A stretch of 64,000 nt of DNA, from the sequence record ON528738; one strand, written 5' to 3'. Under the pieces are notes generated by a model. That model was not told where the DNA came from, did no database searches, and was given only the letters and a program-made list of their open reading frames with translations. Made by a program: the position numbers and the translations under genes. This document shows positions 54,480 through 64,000 of the stretch, piece by piece (positions within the stretch are counted from its first letter, which is position 1; every line of letters starts with the position of its first letter). The stretch is from Shigella phage ESh28.

Positions 54480-56293
54480 CAATTGAAAAAGAAATTGAAG
54501 GATTGATTCATAAAACTAATAAAGACCTTTTGAACGAGAATGCTAATAAAGATTCTCGTGTTTTTCCAACTCAACGGGACCTTATGGCTGGTATTGTGTC
54601 TAAACACATTGCCAAAAATATGGTCCCGTCTTTTATTATGAAAGCGCATGAAAGCGGAATTATTCATTTCCATGATATTGATTATTCCCCTGCTCTTCCA
54701 TTTACTAATTGTTGTTTAGTAGATTTAAAAGGAATGCTTGAAAACGGATTTAAGCTAGGTAATGCACAGATTGAAACTCCTAAATCAATTGGAGTTGCTA
54801 CTGCAATTATGGCACAAATTACTGCGCAAGTTGCTTCTCACCAATACGGCGGAACGACTTTTGCGAATGTAGATAAAGTACTTTCTCCTTATGTTAAACG
54901 CACCTATGCAAAACATATTGAGGATGCAGAAAAATGGCAAATCGCTGATGCGTTGAATTATGCTCAATCTAAAACAGAAAAAGATGTATACGATGCATTC
55001 CAAGCTTATGAATATGAAGTAAATACTCTCTTTAGTTCAAACGGACAGACTCCTTTTGTAACAATTACATTTGGTACGGGAACTGACTGGACTGAACGAA
55101 TGATTCAGAAAGCAATTCTGAAAAATCGTATTAAAGGTCTTGGTCGTGATGGGATAACTCCTATTTTCCCTAAGCTTGTTATGTTCGTCGAAGAAGGTGT
55201 TAATCTTTATAAAGACGATCCGAACTATGATATTAAGCAACTTGCTCTAGAGTGCGCAAGTAAAAGAATGTATCCTGATATTATTTCAGCTAAGAACAAT
55301 AAAGCTATCACTGGCTCATCTATTCCTGTTTCTCCAATGGGTTGTCGTAGTTTCTTGAGCGTGTGGAAAGATTCGACTGGTAATGAAATTCTTGATGGAC
55401 GTAATAATCTTGGCGTTGTAACACTGAATCTTCCTCGTATTGCGTTAGATTCTTATATTGGAACACAGTTCAATGAACAGAAATTTATCGAATTGTTCAA
55501 TGAACGAATGGATTTATGTTTTGAAGCTTTGATGTGTAGAATTAGTTCCTTAAAAGGAGTTAAAGCGACTGTTGCTCCTATTCTTTACCAAGAAGGTGCA
55601 TTTGGGGTTCGTCTTAAACCTGATGACGATATAATTGAGTTATTTAAAAACGGTAGAAGTTCAGTGTCTCTAGGATACATTGGTATTCACGAATTGAATA
55701 TTCTTGTCGGTCGTGATATTGGACAGGAAATTTTAACTAAAATGAATGCTCGTCTTAAACGGTGGACTGAAAGAACCGGATTTGCTTTTAGCTTGTATTC
55801 TACTCCTGCTGAAAACCTTTGTTATCGCTTCTGTAAACTTGATACAGAAAAATACGGAAGTGTAAAGGATGTTACTGATAAAGGATGGTACACTAATAGT
55901 TTCCATGTTTCAGTAGAAGAAAATATTACTCCGTTTGAAAAGATTTCTCGTGAAGCGCCATATCATTTCATTGCGACAGGTGGTCACATTTCTTATGTTG
56001 AACTTCCTGATATGAAAAATAATCTAAAAGGTCTTGAGGCCGTATGGGATTATGCTGCACAGCATTTAGATTATTTTGGTGTTAACATGCCAGTAGATAA
56101 GTGTTTTACATGCGGAAGTACCCATGAAATGACTCCTACTGAAAACGGATTTGTTTGTTCTATTTGTGGAGAAACTGATCCTAAAAAGATGAATACCATA
56201 AGAAGAACATGTGGTTATTTGGGAAATCCGAACGAGCGCGGATTTAATCTAGGTAAAAATAAAGAAATCATGCATAGGGTTAAACACCAATGA
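54476..56293 (+). CDS. nrdD: anaerobic ribonucleoside-triphosphate reductase NrdD
   Basis: 605 aa, uninterrupted; C-terminal Zn ribbon and glycyl radical motif RRTCGYLG. Confidence 0.93.
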   Translation: MTIEKEIEGLIHKTNKDLLNENANKDSRVFPTQRDLMAGIVSKHIAKNMVPSFIMKAHESGIIHFHDIDYSPALPFTNCCLVDLKGMLENGFKLGNAQIETPKSIGVATAIMAQITAQVASHQYGGTTFANVDKVLSPYVKRTYAKHIEDAEKWQIADALNYAQSKTEKDVYDAFQAYEYEVNTLFSSNGQTPFVTITFGTGTDWTERMIQKAILKNRIKGLGRDGITPIFPKLVMFVEEGVNLYKDDPNYDIKQLALECASKRMYPDIISAKNNKAITGSSIPVSPMGCRSFLSVWKDSTGNEILDGRNNLGVVTLNLPRIALDSYIGTQFNEQKFIELFNERMDLCFEALMCRISSLKGVKATVAPILYQEGAFGVRLKPDDDIIELFKNGRSSVSLGYIGIHELNILVGRDIGQEILTKMNARLKRWTERTGFAFSLYSTPAENLCYRFCKLDTEKYGSVKDVTDKGWYTNSFHVSVEENITPFEKISREAPYHFIATGGHISYVELPDMKNNLKGLEAVWDYAAQHLDYFGVNMPVDKCFTCGSTHEMTPTENGFVCSICGETDPKKMNTIRRTCGYLGNPNERGFNLGKNKEIMHRVKHQ

Positions 56294-56760
56294 ATTATGA
56301 TAGATTTTATCCTTGTGATTTTGTGAATGGCCCTGGTTGCAGGGTCGTTCTTTTCGTCACAGGTTGTTTGCATAAATGCGAAGGGTGTTATAATAAATCA
56401 ACATGGAATGCTAGAAATGGTATTCCATTCACTGGAGAGACACTAGAACAATTAATTGAATGTTTGAATAATGATTATATAGAAGGATTAACTATAACCG
56501 GAGGAGACCCTCTCTATCCTGACAATCGAGATGTTATTCATTGCATTGTTCAAACAGTAAAAAATCTTTATCCCAATAAAAGCATTTGGTTGTGGACAGG
56601 ATATAAGTTTGAAGATATTAAACAACTAGAAATGCTTAAATATGTTGATGTTATTATTGATGGGAAGTATGAGAAAAATCTTCCGACTAAAAAGCTGTGG
56701 CGAGGATCAGATAATCAGCGACTTTGGTCAAATACCGATGGGGTGTGGAAACATGATTAA
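56290..56760 (+). CDS. nrdG: anaerobic RNR activating protein NrdG (radical SAM)
   Basis: 156 aa; radical-SAM cluster CLHKCEGC; ATGA overlap with nrdD. Confidence 0.9.
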   Translation: MNYDRFYPCDFVNGPGCRVVLFVTGCLHKCEGCYNKSTWNARNGIPFTGETLEQLIECLNNDYIEGLTITGGDPLYPDNRDVIHCIVQTVKNLYPNKSIWLWTGYKFEDIKQLEMLKYVDVIIDGKYEKNLPTKKLWRGSDNQRLWSNTDGVWKHD

Positions 56761-56874
56761 ATTGAATTATATTATGGATACTATAAATGATATGATTTTT
56801 CATTTTGGTCCAGAATTTTATTCACAGTATAGTTTAGTGCTTATCAATGCTTGGTTAATTAATTAAGGGTAAAT

Positions 56875-57087
56875 ATGTATAAATTTCGTAAAGGTTTAGC
56901 TGATTTTCTTACAACTGTAACATTCTTTCTGTTTATGGCAGTTGGAGCTATTTTCCTTATTCCTTTTATTGTTATATTTTTCGTAATTAGTTTAATTTCT
57001 CCAGAAAAAGGACTATCTTCTAGCGAGTTCAATGAGCGTCTGGATAAAATTACTAACAAGCTGAATGCTGCTCTTAGTAAGGAATAG
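56875..57087 (+). CDS. small membrane protein
   Basis: 70 aa; hydrophobic helix TVTFFLFMAVGAIFLIPFIVIFFVISLI. Confidence 0.55.
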   Translation: MYKFRKGLADFLTTVTFFLFMAVGAIFLIPFIVIFFVISLISPEKGLSSSEFNERLDKITNKLNAALSKE

Positions 57088-57089
57088 TT

Positions 57090-57398
57090 GTGAAACAAAA
57101 TAAGATTGAAGTCTATGGAATTCCAGATGAAGTAGGTCGTTGTCCTGGATGTCAATCAGTTACAAAACTTCTAAAGGAGCTCAATGCTCCTTTTACTTTC
57201 TATAAAGTTCTTACAAATAATGGTAAGATTGAGTATGATCGTCCACTGATTGTATCTCTTGCTAAACGTGCTGGATTCACATCTCTTAACATTCGTTATC
57301 CAGTCATTTTCATTAATGATTCTAGACAAAAGAACATTAAACACTTCAAAGAAACTCTCATTTCACTTGGATATGATAGAGATATCATAGAAGACTAA
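57090..57398 (+). CDS. nrdH: glutaredoxin-like protein NrdH
   Basis: 102 aa; CPGC redox motif; adjacent to nrdG/nrdD. Confidence 0.8.
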   Translation: MKQNKIEVYGIPDEVGRCPGCQSVTKLLKELNAPFTFYKVLTNNGKIEYDRPLIVSLAKRAGFTSLNIRYPVIFINDSRQKNIKHFKETLISLGYDRDIIED

Positions 57399-57402
57399 GA
57401 CG

Positions 57403-57426
57403 GGCCCTCTGGGCCTTTCTTTCTTA
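57403..57426 (+). terminator. rho-independent terminator
   Basis: Hairpin gggccc-tct-gggcc followed by a T-rich run. Confidence 0.65.
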
Positions 57427-57492
57427 CATTCTGTATATTACCATTCTAAGCTATCGTTCCCTTCTTATCATTCCCTAAAATAATTTTCACAA

Positions 57493-57528
57493 AGTTGTTT
57501 ACAACAAGTTCAAACCGTGGTATTATTA
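57493..57528 (+). promoter_or_regulatory. T4 early promoter module
   Basis: ttcacaaagttGTTTACA with -10 tgGTATTAT about 18 bp downstream. Confidence 0.55.
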
Positions 57529-57556
57529 ATACATGAATTGCCTTTGAGGAATTGAT

Positions 57557-57733
57557 ATGGTTGATAAAGAGATTAAAATTGACCAGTACTATCGTGTTAA
57601 CGGACATATCGTTATTGTTACAGCAGTCGATGATTTAGATGTTCATTATACTGTAATTAAATGGAACAAACGTATGATTTGTGACCGTGTTGTATTTAGT
57701 TCAGTTGCTAAGGAAATTAAACTCCATGGGTAA
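57557..57733 (+). CDS. hypothetical protein
   Basis: 58-aa ORF (MVDKEIKIDQYYRVNGH...) found by reading the frame; SD GAGGAA. Confidence 0.45.
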   Translation: MVDKEIKIDQYYRVNGHIVIVTAVDDLDVHYTVIKWNKRMICDRVVFSSVAKEIKLHG

Positions 57734-58019
57734 AACGTATCGTCGTAAAGACTTAAAAGTGCGTGATTATGACTATTTCGGAAAGCGTAAAGCTCCTGAT
57801 GGGGTAAGTCATAAAGATATGGTTGAAAACATTTTTCGCTCAGATAAATGGCGTAGAATGAAAGGTATTGATTCAGAAGTTAAAGATGAGCTAAATCGCC
57901 AATTACGTGGTGAAGTAAGAAAGTTGAAAAAATCAGTTTACATTGACGATGATTTTGATTATAATACATCTCAACGAGTTGCTAAGCGCAAATCAAACGA
58001 GTGTTATCGTTACAGCTGA
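57726..58019 (+). CDS. hypothetical protein
   Basis: 97 aa from ATG at 57726 (MGKTYRRKDLKVRDY...); basic. Confidence 0.5.
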   Translation: MGKTYRRKDLKVRDYDYFGKRKAPDGVSHKDMVENIFRSDKWRRMKGIDSEVKDELNRQLRGEVRKLKKSVYIDDDFDYNTSQRVAKRKSNECYRYS

Positions 58020-58026
58020 GGAAAAT

Positions 58027-58158
58027 ATGAATATCAAACGAATGCTTTTTAAGCAAGGACTATACACTTTAAATGTTGCACCAAAAGGCGATACAACTAA
58101 GTGGTCAGTAAATGACTGGATTAAATTCATTGATGAAAACGGTAATTGGAAAATTTAA
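58027..58158 (+). CDS. hypothetical small protein
   Basis: 43 aa from ATG at 58027 (MNIKRMLFKQGLYTL...), SD GAGGAAAA. Confidence 0.4.
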   Translation: MNIKRMLFKQGLYTLNVAPKGDTTKWSVNDWIKFIDENGNWKI

Positions 58159-58359
58159 ATGAATCCTGAATCTAAATTATCGCAACGAATTGCTGAAGCT
58201 CGTCGCCAGTTCTTTGAAAATATGATAGCCCAAGGTATTGATGACGAAGTTTTTCTAAACTGGTTTTGGAATCACAAATATTCAAGTTGCTCAGGAGCAA
58301 TATTAATATCAGCCGCAATGATGTACGAAGGCTGGAAGGGTGCCAAAAAGTTTAGCTAA
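58159..58359 (+). CDS. hypothetical protein
   Basis: 66-aa ORF followed by a terminator. Confidence 0.55.
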   Translation: MNPESKLSQRIAEARRQFFENMIAQGIDDEVFLNWFWNHKYSSCSGAILISAAMMYEGWKGAKKFS

Positions 58360-58377
58360 GGGCTTCGGCCCTTTTTG
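58358..58377 (+). terminator. rho-independent terminator
   Basis: Hairpin agggc-ttcg-gccct followed by TTTTT. Confidence 0.7.
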
Positions 58378-58411
58378 GATAATAAAATTTTAATGCAATT
58401 GAGGATAATGT

Positions 58412-58738
58412 ATGACTATTCAAATTAAAAACGCCATCAATTCTTACGCATATGATAAAGTAGTTTCTTTGCTAGAAAAAGGCGATATTGTAACTCCTCA
58501 AATTTTGGATAAATGGGAAAAAGAGCTTCATCAAACGATGAAACAGAATGATCAGAAGATTGGACGCAATACTGTCCGTGAATTGTTGGTTCAATATATC
58601 TTGTCAGAATTTGATGTTAAAGCTTTTGGTGTAGAATCTAAAGCTTATCAAAAGCATGAAATTTCCGATAAAACTATTCGTCGCATGAAAAATCAACGCA
58701 AGAAAAAATTTGCAGACCTGAAAATTACTAAGGTATAA
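58412..58738 (+). CDS. hypothetical protein
   Basis: 108-aa ORF with SD GAGGA. Confidence 0.55.
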   Translation: MTIQIKNAINSYAYDKVVSLLEKGDIVTPQILDKWEKELHQTMKQNDQKIGRNTVRELLVQYILSEFDVKAFGVESKAYQKHEISDKTIRRMKNQRKKKFADLKITKV

Positions 58739-58740
58739 TT

Positions 58741-58956
58741 ATGAACGAAGCTCTTATTAACGATTTACGTCTTGCTGGGTATGAAGTAAATACAAATGGC
58801 ATTGGTTTAACTCAAATTGAAGGAAATGGATTCATCCTTGAGTATGAATTTAGCCAATGGTGGTTATACGCTAATTACGGCGAATTGATTGAATATGTTG
58901 ATCAATTTGATTCACTAGATGCAGCTCTTGAAGCGGCTAAGTTGATGAATGCATGA
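58741..58956 (+). CDS. hypothetical protein
   Basis: 71-aa ORF. Confidence 0.5.
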   Translation: MNEALINDLRLAGYEVNTNGIGLTQIEGNGFILEYEFSQWWLYANYGELIEYVDQFDSLDAALEAAKLMNA

Positions 58957-59222
58957 AATTTATTAATATTTCTATTACTATTGAAAATTATGGCATTTTC
59001 TATGTTGATCAATACATGAAAATTTCATTTTTCCCAAATAAGACTGGTGTTGGATATTGGGAAAGCCATGTTTCTGAATTAAATGAAAGTGAATATGTTA
59101 GTACACATGAAAAGTTTTTAGACTTTTTATATCATGCTGATCTAACTAGTCATTATATAGATATTCATGAATTTAAAAAGATGATGGAGAAAGTATTCCA
59201 AGCATACTGTTTACTTAGATAA
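58953..59222 (+). CDS. hypothetical protein
   Basis: 89-aa ORF with ATGA overlap. Confidence 0.5.
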   Translation: MKFINISITIENYGIFYVDQYMKISFFPNKTGVGYWESHVSELNESEYVSTHEKFLDFLYHADLTSHYIDIHEFKKMMEKVFQAYCLLR

Positions 59223-59300
59223 CTGATATCCTCTATGCTTTAAGATAGATCTTCAAATATTATGATATAATAGATCTATGAATTGAGCTAAGAGGTGAAA

Positions 59301-59858
59301 ATGTCAGAAACTAAGCCTAAATATAATTACGTAAACAATAAAGAGCTTTTACAAGCTATTATTGATTGGAAAACAGAATTAGCAAATAATAAAGACCCAA
59401 ATAAAGTAGTTCGTCAGAATGATACTATCGGATTAGCCATTATGCTTATTGCAGAAGGCTTATCTAAACGTTTTAACTTTTCAGGATACACCCAATCTTG
59501 GAAACAAGAAATGATTGCAGATGGTATAGAAGCTTCTATTAAGGGGCTTCACAATTTTGATGAAACGAAATATAAAAACCCACATGCATATATAACTCAA
59601 GCTTGTTTTAATGCATTCGTCCAACGTATTAAAAAAGAACGTAAGGAAGTTGCAAAGAAATATAGTTACTTCGTTCACAATGTCTATGACAGTCGTGACG
59701 ACGATATGGTTGCGTTAGTAGATGAAACTTTTATTCAAGACATCTATGATAAAATGACGCATTACGAAGAATCAACCTATAGAACACCGGGGGCTGAAAA
59801 GAAAAGTGTTGTAGACGATTCTCCTAGTTTGGATTTTTTATATGAGGCTAACGATTAA
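59301..59858 (+). CDS. 55: late-transcription sigma factor gp55
   Basis: 185 aa from [24 protein letters not shown]...; matches T4 gp55 as remembered. Confidence 0.93.
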
Positions 59859-60060
59859 CCTCTCCGGATTCTTGGAAGAAATACCTGAAGTTGAAGCTAT
59901 TCCCTATTTACTTAAAATGTATCTCAGGGAAGTTTTAGCTCTTGACATTGATATTGATCCAGAAAATCCGTATGATACCGCTTTTAAATCTAATGGTGTA
60001 GAATTAAACTATCGGTATCATTTAACAGATGATGATTTTTATTTTATATTAGAGAAATAA
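59842..60060 (+). CDS. hypothetical protein
   Basis: 72-aa ORF downstream of gene 55. Confidence 0.5.
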
Positions 60061-60061
60061 T

Positions 60062-60379
60062 ATGACTGATAAACCCGAAATTAATGATGAAGTGGAAAAG
60101 CTTATTTCTTCTATTGAAGAAAAGAACCGTCTTGAAGCAGAAAGAAAAGCAAATAAGTTATTGTCTAAAAACAAACGCGAACTGAATCGTCTTTATAAGC
60201 ACGCTCAGATCGCAGCTGAAAATAATAATTTTGCTCAATACGAATATGCTATCAAGAAAAGTCGGGATATTCTAAAACAGCCATATAACGATGAACTCAT
60301 CAGTATTCTTTGGAAGACTACTAGATCGCAAATTGAGGATATGATTGATGCTTACACACGTAAAATTCAAGCGTCTTAA
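60062..60379 (+). CDS. hypothetical protein
   Basis: 105-aa ORF. Confidence 0.55.
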   Translation: MTDKPEINDEVEKLISSIEEKNRLEAERKANKLLSKNKRELNRLYKHAQIAAENNNFAQYEYAIKKSRDILKQPYNDELISILWKTTRSQIEDMIDAYTRKIQAS

Positions 60380-60551
60380 AATTAATGCAGGATTTACTGA
60401 ATCTTTGAATGGTCATCTTTGTGTGAAAATTTCTGAAAAAGAATACCATGATAGTTCAATTAAAGAAGTTAATCCTCCTATTGTAAGAGCAGACCCTAAT
60501 ATGAAAGTGTGGGTTGATTCCTATCAAGTCAAAAAATGGTGGCAACTGTGA
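60348..60551 (+). CDS. hypothetical protein
   Basis: 67 aa from ATG at 60348; overlaps the previous gene by about 30 nt. Confidence 0.4.
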   Translation: MLTHVKFKRLKINAGFTESLNGHLCVKISEKEYHDSSIKEVNPPIVRADPNMKVWVDSYQVKKWWQL

Positions 60552-60554
60552 AAG

Positions 60555-60728
60555 ATGAACACCCAGACTTCTGAAATAGATTATAATAAAATTCGTTCCT
60601 CTAAAGAGGAAATGATGAGACGCTTTAAAGAGTCTCATGATAAAGCTAAAGCAGAAGGAACTATAAAATATAAGCGCATAAAATTTAAAAGTTCTAACGA
60701 GCCTCTGTACGGCGTATTATGCGGATAG
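60555..60728 (+). CDS. hypothetical protein
   Basis: 57-aa ORF (MNTQTSEIDYNKIRSS...) found by reading the frame; followed by a terminator hairpin. Confidence 0.4.
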   Translation: MNTQTSEIDYNKIRSSKEEMMRRFKESHDKAKAEGTIKYKRIKFKSSNEPLYGVLCG

Positions 60729-60745
60729 GAGCTTCGGCTCCTATA
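60725..60745 (+). terminator. terminator-like hairpin
   Basis: taggagc-ttcg-gctccta stem-loop followed by a T-rich run. Confidence 0.55.
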
Positions 60746-60794
60746 TTGCTTTATAAATTTTTGGTAAAATAAACCAAAACAAAGAGGATATTAA

Positions 60795-61997
60795 ATGAAA
60801 GTATGTATTTTTATGGCTCGAGGTCTTGAAGGTTGTGGTGTAACAAAATTCTCACTCGAGCAACGTGATTGGTTTATTAAAAATGGTCATGAAGTGACTT
60901 TGGTTTATGCTAAAGATAAATCATTTACTCGTAATTGCGCGCATGATTATAAATCATTTTCAATTCCGGTTTTATTGGCAAAAGAATATGATAAAACACT
61001 TAAGCTGGTAAATGATTGTGATATTCTAATTATCAATTCAGTTCCTGCTACTTCGGTTGAAGAAGACACTATTAATAACTATAAAAAAATTATTGATAAC
61101 ATTAAACCTTCTGTTCGTGTTGTAGTTTATCAGCATGACCATTCTTCTCTTTCTTTGCGTCGAAATTTGGGATTAGAAGAAACTGTTCGTCGAGCTGATG
61201 TTATTTTTAGCCATTCTGATAATGGCGATTTTAATAAAGTTCTGATGAAAGAATGGTATCCAGAAACTGTTTCTCTGTTTGATGATATTGAAGAAGCACC
61301 GACAGTATATAACTTTCAGCCTCCTATGGATATTGCGAAGGTTCGGTCAACCTACTGGAAAGATGTTTCTGAAATTAACATGAATATCAACCGTTGGATT
61401 GGTCGTACGACTACATGGAAAGGTTTTTATCAGATGTTTGATTTTCACGAAAAACATCTTAAACCTGCAGGACTAAGTACTATTATGGAAGGTCTGGAAC
61501 GTTCTCCAGCGTTCATTCCCATTAAAGAAAAAGGAATTCCATACGAGTATTATCGTCTTCATCAAGTAGACCAAATTAAAATTGCTCCTAATTTGCCAAC
61601 GCAAATTCTTGACCGTTATGTAAATAGCGAAATGCTTGAACGCATGAGTAAATCCGGATTTGGTTATCAGCTGAGTAAGTTGGACAAAAAATATCTACAA
61701 CGTTCTTTAGAATATACTCATCTCGAGCTTGGTGCATGTGGAACAATTCCGGTATTTTGGAAATCTACTGGCGAAAATTTAAAATTCCGTGTTGATAATA
61801 CTCCTTTGACCTCGCATGATAGCGGTATCATTTGGTTTGATGAAAATGACATGGAATCAACATTTGAACGTATTAAAGAACTGTCATCTGACCGAACTCT
61901 TTATGACCGCGAACGCGAAAAAGCTTATGAATTTTTGTATCAGCATCAAGATTCAAGCTTCTGCTTTAAAGAACAGTTTGACATTATTACAAAATAA
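60795..61997 (+). CDS. agt: DNA alpha-glucosyltransferase
   Basis: 400 aa, MKVCIFMARGLEGCGVTKFSLEQRDWFIKNGHEVTLVYAKDK...; matches T4 alpha-glucosyltransferase as remembered. Confidence 0.95.
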   Translation: MKVCIFMARGLEGCGVTKFSLEQRDWFIKNGHEVTLVYAKDKSFTRNCAHDYKSFSIPVLLAKEYDKTLKLVNDCDILIINSVPATSVEEDTINNYKKIIDNIKPSVRVVVYQHDHSSLSLRRNLGLEETVRRADVIFSHSDNGDFNKVLMKEWYPETVSLFDDIEEAPTVYNFQPPMDIAKVRSTYWKDVSEINMNINRWIGRTTTWKGFYQMFDFHEKHLKPAGLSTIMEGLERSPAFIPIKEKGIPYEYYRLHQVDQIKIAPNLPTQILDRYVNSEMLERMSKSGFGYQLSKLDKKYLQRSLEYTHLELGACGTIPVFWKSTGENLKFRVDNTPLTSHDSGIIWFDENDMESTFERIKELSSDRTLYDREREKAYEFLYQHQDSSFCFKEQFDIITK

Positions 61998-62013
61998 AGG
62001 GCTTCGGCCCTTT
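61997..62013 (+). terminator. terminator-like hairpin after agt
   Basis: aagggc-ttcg-gccctt stem-loop. Confidence 0.55.
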
Positions 62014-62036
62014 AGCTTTATACGGAGTTTGATATA

Positions 62037-62177
62037 ATGATATTTCTTGGATATGTGATACTTTTTCTTGCATTTTATCTATTCACTAGAGCATGTTGGA
62101 TTGGGTTCTTTAGCACACCAGATGGGTTTATTTCAATAATTTTATTTTGCATTTCAATGACGGTTCTTGATATATGA
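62037..62177 (+). CDS. small hydrophobic peptide
   Basis: 46-aa ORF (MIFLGYVILFLAFYLFTRACWIGFF...), SD GGAG upstream, stop overlaps the gene 47 ATG. Confidence 0.35.
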   Translation: MIFLGYVILFLAFYLFTRACWIGFFSTPDGFISIILFCISMTVLDI

Positions 62178-63193
62178 AAATTTTAAATTTAGGTGATTGG
62201 CATTTAGGCGTTAAAGCTGATGATGAGTGGATTCGCGGTATTCAAATTGATGGAATTAAGCAAGCGATAGAATATTCTAAGAAAAATGGAATTACGGTAT
62301 GGATTCAATACGGTGATATTTTTGATGTGCGAAAAGCGATCACGCATAAAACTATGGAGTTTGCCCGTGAAATAGTTCAAATGCTTGATGGTGCTGGAAT
62401 CAAATTACATACTATTGTAGGAAATCACGATCTCCACTACAAAAATGTAATGCATCCAAATGCCTCTACTGAGCTTTTGGCTAAATATCCTAATGTTAAA
62501 GTATATGATAAGCCTACTACAGTAGATTTTGACGGATGTTTAATTGATTTAATTCCTTGGATGTGTGAAGAAAATACTGGTGAAATTCTTGAACACATCA
62601 AAACTTCATCTGCTTCTTTTTGTGTTGGTCACTGGGAGCTGAATGGATTTTATTTTTATAAAGGAATGAAATCTCACGGTCTTGAACCTGATTTCCTTAA
62701 GACTTATAAAGAAGTGTGGTCTGGTCACTTCCATACTATCTCTGAGGCTGCTAACGTCAGATATATTGGGACACCATGGACACTAACTGCAGGTGACGAG
62801 AATGACCCTCGTGGGTTCTGGATGTTTGATACAGAAACAGAACGAATGGAATTTATTCCAAACAATACTACCTGGCATCGTAGAATTCATTATCCATTTA
62901 AAGGAAAAATTGACTATAAAGATTTTACAAATCTATCAGTACGTGTTATAGTAACTGAGGTAGACAAAAATCTGACGAAGTTCGAATCTGAACTAGAAAA
63001 AGTTGTGCATTCATTACGAGTTGTGTCAAAAATTGATAACTCTGTCGAGTCAGATGAAAGTGAAGAAGTTGAAGTTCAATCTCTTCAGACGTTGATGGAA
63101 GAATACATTAATGCAATTCCAGACATCACTGATTCTGACCGCGAAGCACTTATTCAATATGCAAATCAGTTATATGTAGAGGCAACACAATGA
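62174..63193 (+). CDS. 47: recombination endonuclease subunit gp47 (Mre11-like)
   Basis: 339 aa; phosphoesterase motifs GDWHLG, GNHD; T4 gp47 size. Confidence 0.93.
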   Translation: MKILNLGDWHLGVKADDEWIRGIQIDGIKQAIEYSKKNGITVWIQYGDIFDVRKAITHKTMEFAREIVQMLDGAGIKLHTIVGNHDLHYKNVMHPNASTELLAKYPNVKVYDKPTTVDFDGCLIDLIPWMCEENTGEILEHIKTSSASFCVGHWELNGFYFYKGMKSHGLEPDFLKTYKEVWSGHFHTISEAANVRYIGTPWTLTAGDENDPRGFWMFDTETERMEFIPNNTTWHRRIHYPFKGKIDYKDFTNLSVRVIVTEVDKNLTKFESELEKVVHSLRVVSKIDNSVESDESEEVEVQSLQTLMEEYINAIPDITDSDREALIQYANQLYVEATQ

Positions 63194-63453
63194 CTTTTGA
63201 TGAATTTAAAAATGTTATGATGAGTCAGCATTTTGAATGCGAAGTAAAAGATGATATTGGGCATAAAGAAATTATTGAATATTGGTTTGAACCGCTAGAG
63301 GTTGAAGATAATTGTATTAAAAAGGTTACAGTCTGCACTGACTGGGCTGTATCTTTTAACTTCAACATTTTAGATAATGACACACCTAAATCATTACGAG
63401 ATATGGCTGTATCTTGTATTAAGGATGCATACTGTGAAGTTTTCGACATTTGA
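63190..63453 (+). CDS. hypothetical protein
   Basis: 87-aa ORF with ATGA overlap to gene 47. Confidence 0.55.
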   Translation: MTFDEFKNVMMSQHFECEVKDDIGHKEIIEYWFEPLEVEDNCIKKVTVCTDWAVSFNFNILDNDTPKSLRDMAVSCIKDAYCEVFDI

Positions 63454-63640
63454 CATTAATGATGAATTCATAGCAAATATTGATTATACTGAAGAAGATT
63501 CCAGATATGTTGGAATAATTTATATTACATCAAAAACAGCACAAGGTGTTGTTTGCATGGCTGAATTTGATGAATACTTTCTAGATTATGATGATATGAT
63601 AGAATGGTCTAAAAGATACATTAAAAGGAATCTTTTGTGA
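63425..63640 (+). CDS. hypothetical protein
   Basis: About 71 aa (MHTVKFSTFDINDEF...); start uncertain (ATG at 63425 or GTG at 63434); overlaps the previous gene. Confidence 0.4.
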   Translation: MHTVKFSTFDINDEFIANIDYTEEDSRYVGIIYITSKTAQGVVCMAEFDEYFLDYDDMIEWSKRYIKRNLL

Positions 63641-64000
63641 AAAATTTTAAACTAAACCGAGTTAGGTATCAAAATATAATGTCAGTAGGTGGAAATCCTA
63701 TTGACATTCAATTAGATAAGGTTCAAAAAACTCTTATTACTGGACGAAATGGCGGTGGTAAGTCTACTATGTTAGAAGCCATCACATTTGGGCTTTTTGG
63801 CAAGCCATTTCGTGATGTAAAGAAAGGTCAATTAATAAACAGCACAAATAAGAAAGAACTTTTAGTTGAACTGTGGATGGAATATGATGAGAAAAAGTAC
63901 TACATCAAAAGAGGACAAAAACCAAACGTTTTCGAAATCACCGTTAACGGTACACGTCTTAATGAATCTGCCAGCAGTAAAGATTTCCAAGCAGAATTTG
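63637..64000 (+). CDS. 46: recombination endonuclease subunit gp46 (Rad50-like), N-terminal part; continues beyond window end
   Basis: Open frame from GTG at 63637 reads VKNFKLNRVRYQNIMSVGGNPIDIQLDKVQKTLITGRNGGGKST (Walker A); not in the ORF track because it runs off the window. Confidence 0.88.
   Translation, partial: MKNFKLNRVRYQNIMSVGGNPIDIQLDKVQKTLITGRNGGGKSTMLEAITFGLFGKPFRDVKKGQLINSTNKKELLVELWMEYDEKKYYIKRGQKPNVFEITVNGTRLNESASSKDFQAEF

Overview
This window is a segment of a T4-like (T-even, Tequatrovirus-type) myovirus genome, inverted relative to the standard T4 map. Positions 1-22903 carry the late structural module on the minus strand in T4 order (19, 18, 17, 16, 15, 14, 13, wac, 12, 11, 10, 9, 8, 7, 6, 5.4, 5.1-like, 5, 53), with TATAAATA late-promoter motifs. 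Positions 22951-64000 carry plus-strand genes: 4, 2, 3, 1, 57A, 57B, a 10-tRNA array, nudE, e (lysozyme, near-identical to T4), denV, regB, tk, rI.1/rI/rI.-1, nrdC, pin, 49, nrdD, nrdG, nrdH, 55, alpha-glucosyltransferase, 47 and the start of 46, interspersed with many small early ORFs driven by repeated sigma70-type early promoter modules. Identifications rest on reading the translations against remembered T4 proteins, sizes and gene order; no database search was run. The most interesting content is in the plastic early region: three dispersed genes carrying the capsid-targeting N-terminus of injected internal proteins (one flanked by direct promoter-cassette repeats), a glycyl-radical cofactor gene with an abrupt codon-usage switch, known and candidate anti-CBASS genes (57B/Acb1, possible Vs.4/Acb2), a macro-domain-like gene, tandem paralog arrays, and a GC-rich non-coding block after the tRNAs. 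No integrase, CRISPR array or homing endonuclease was recognised.
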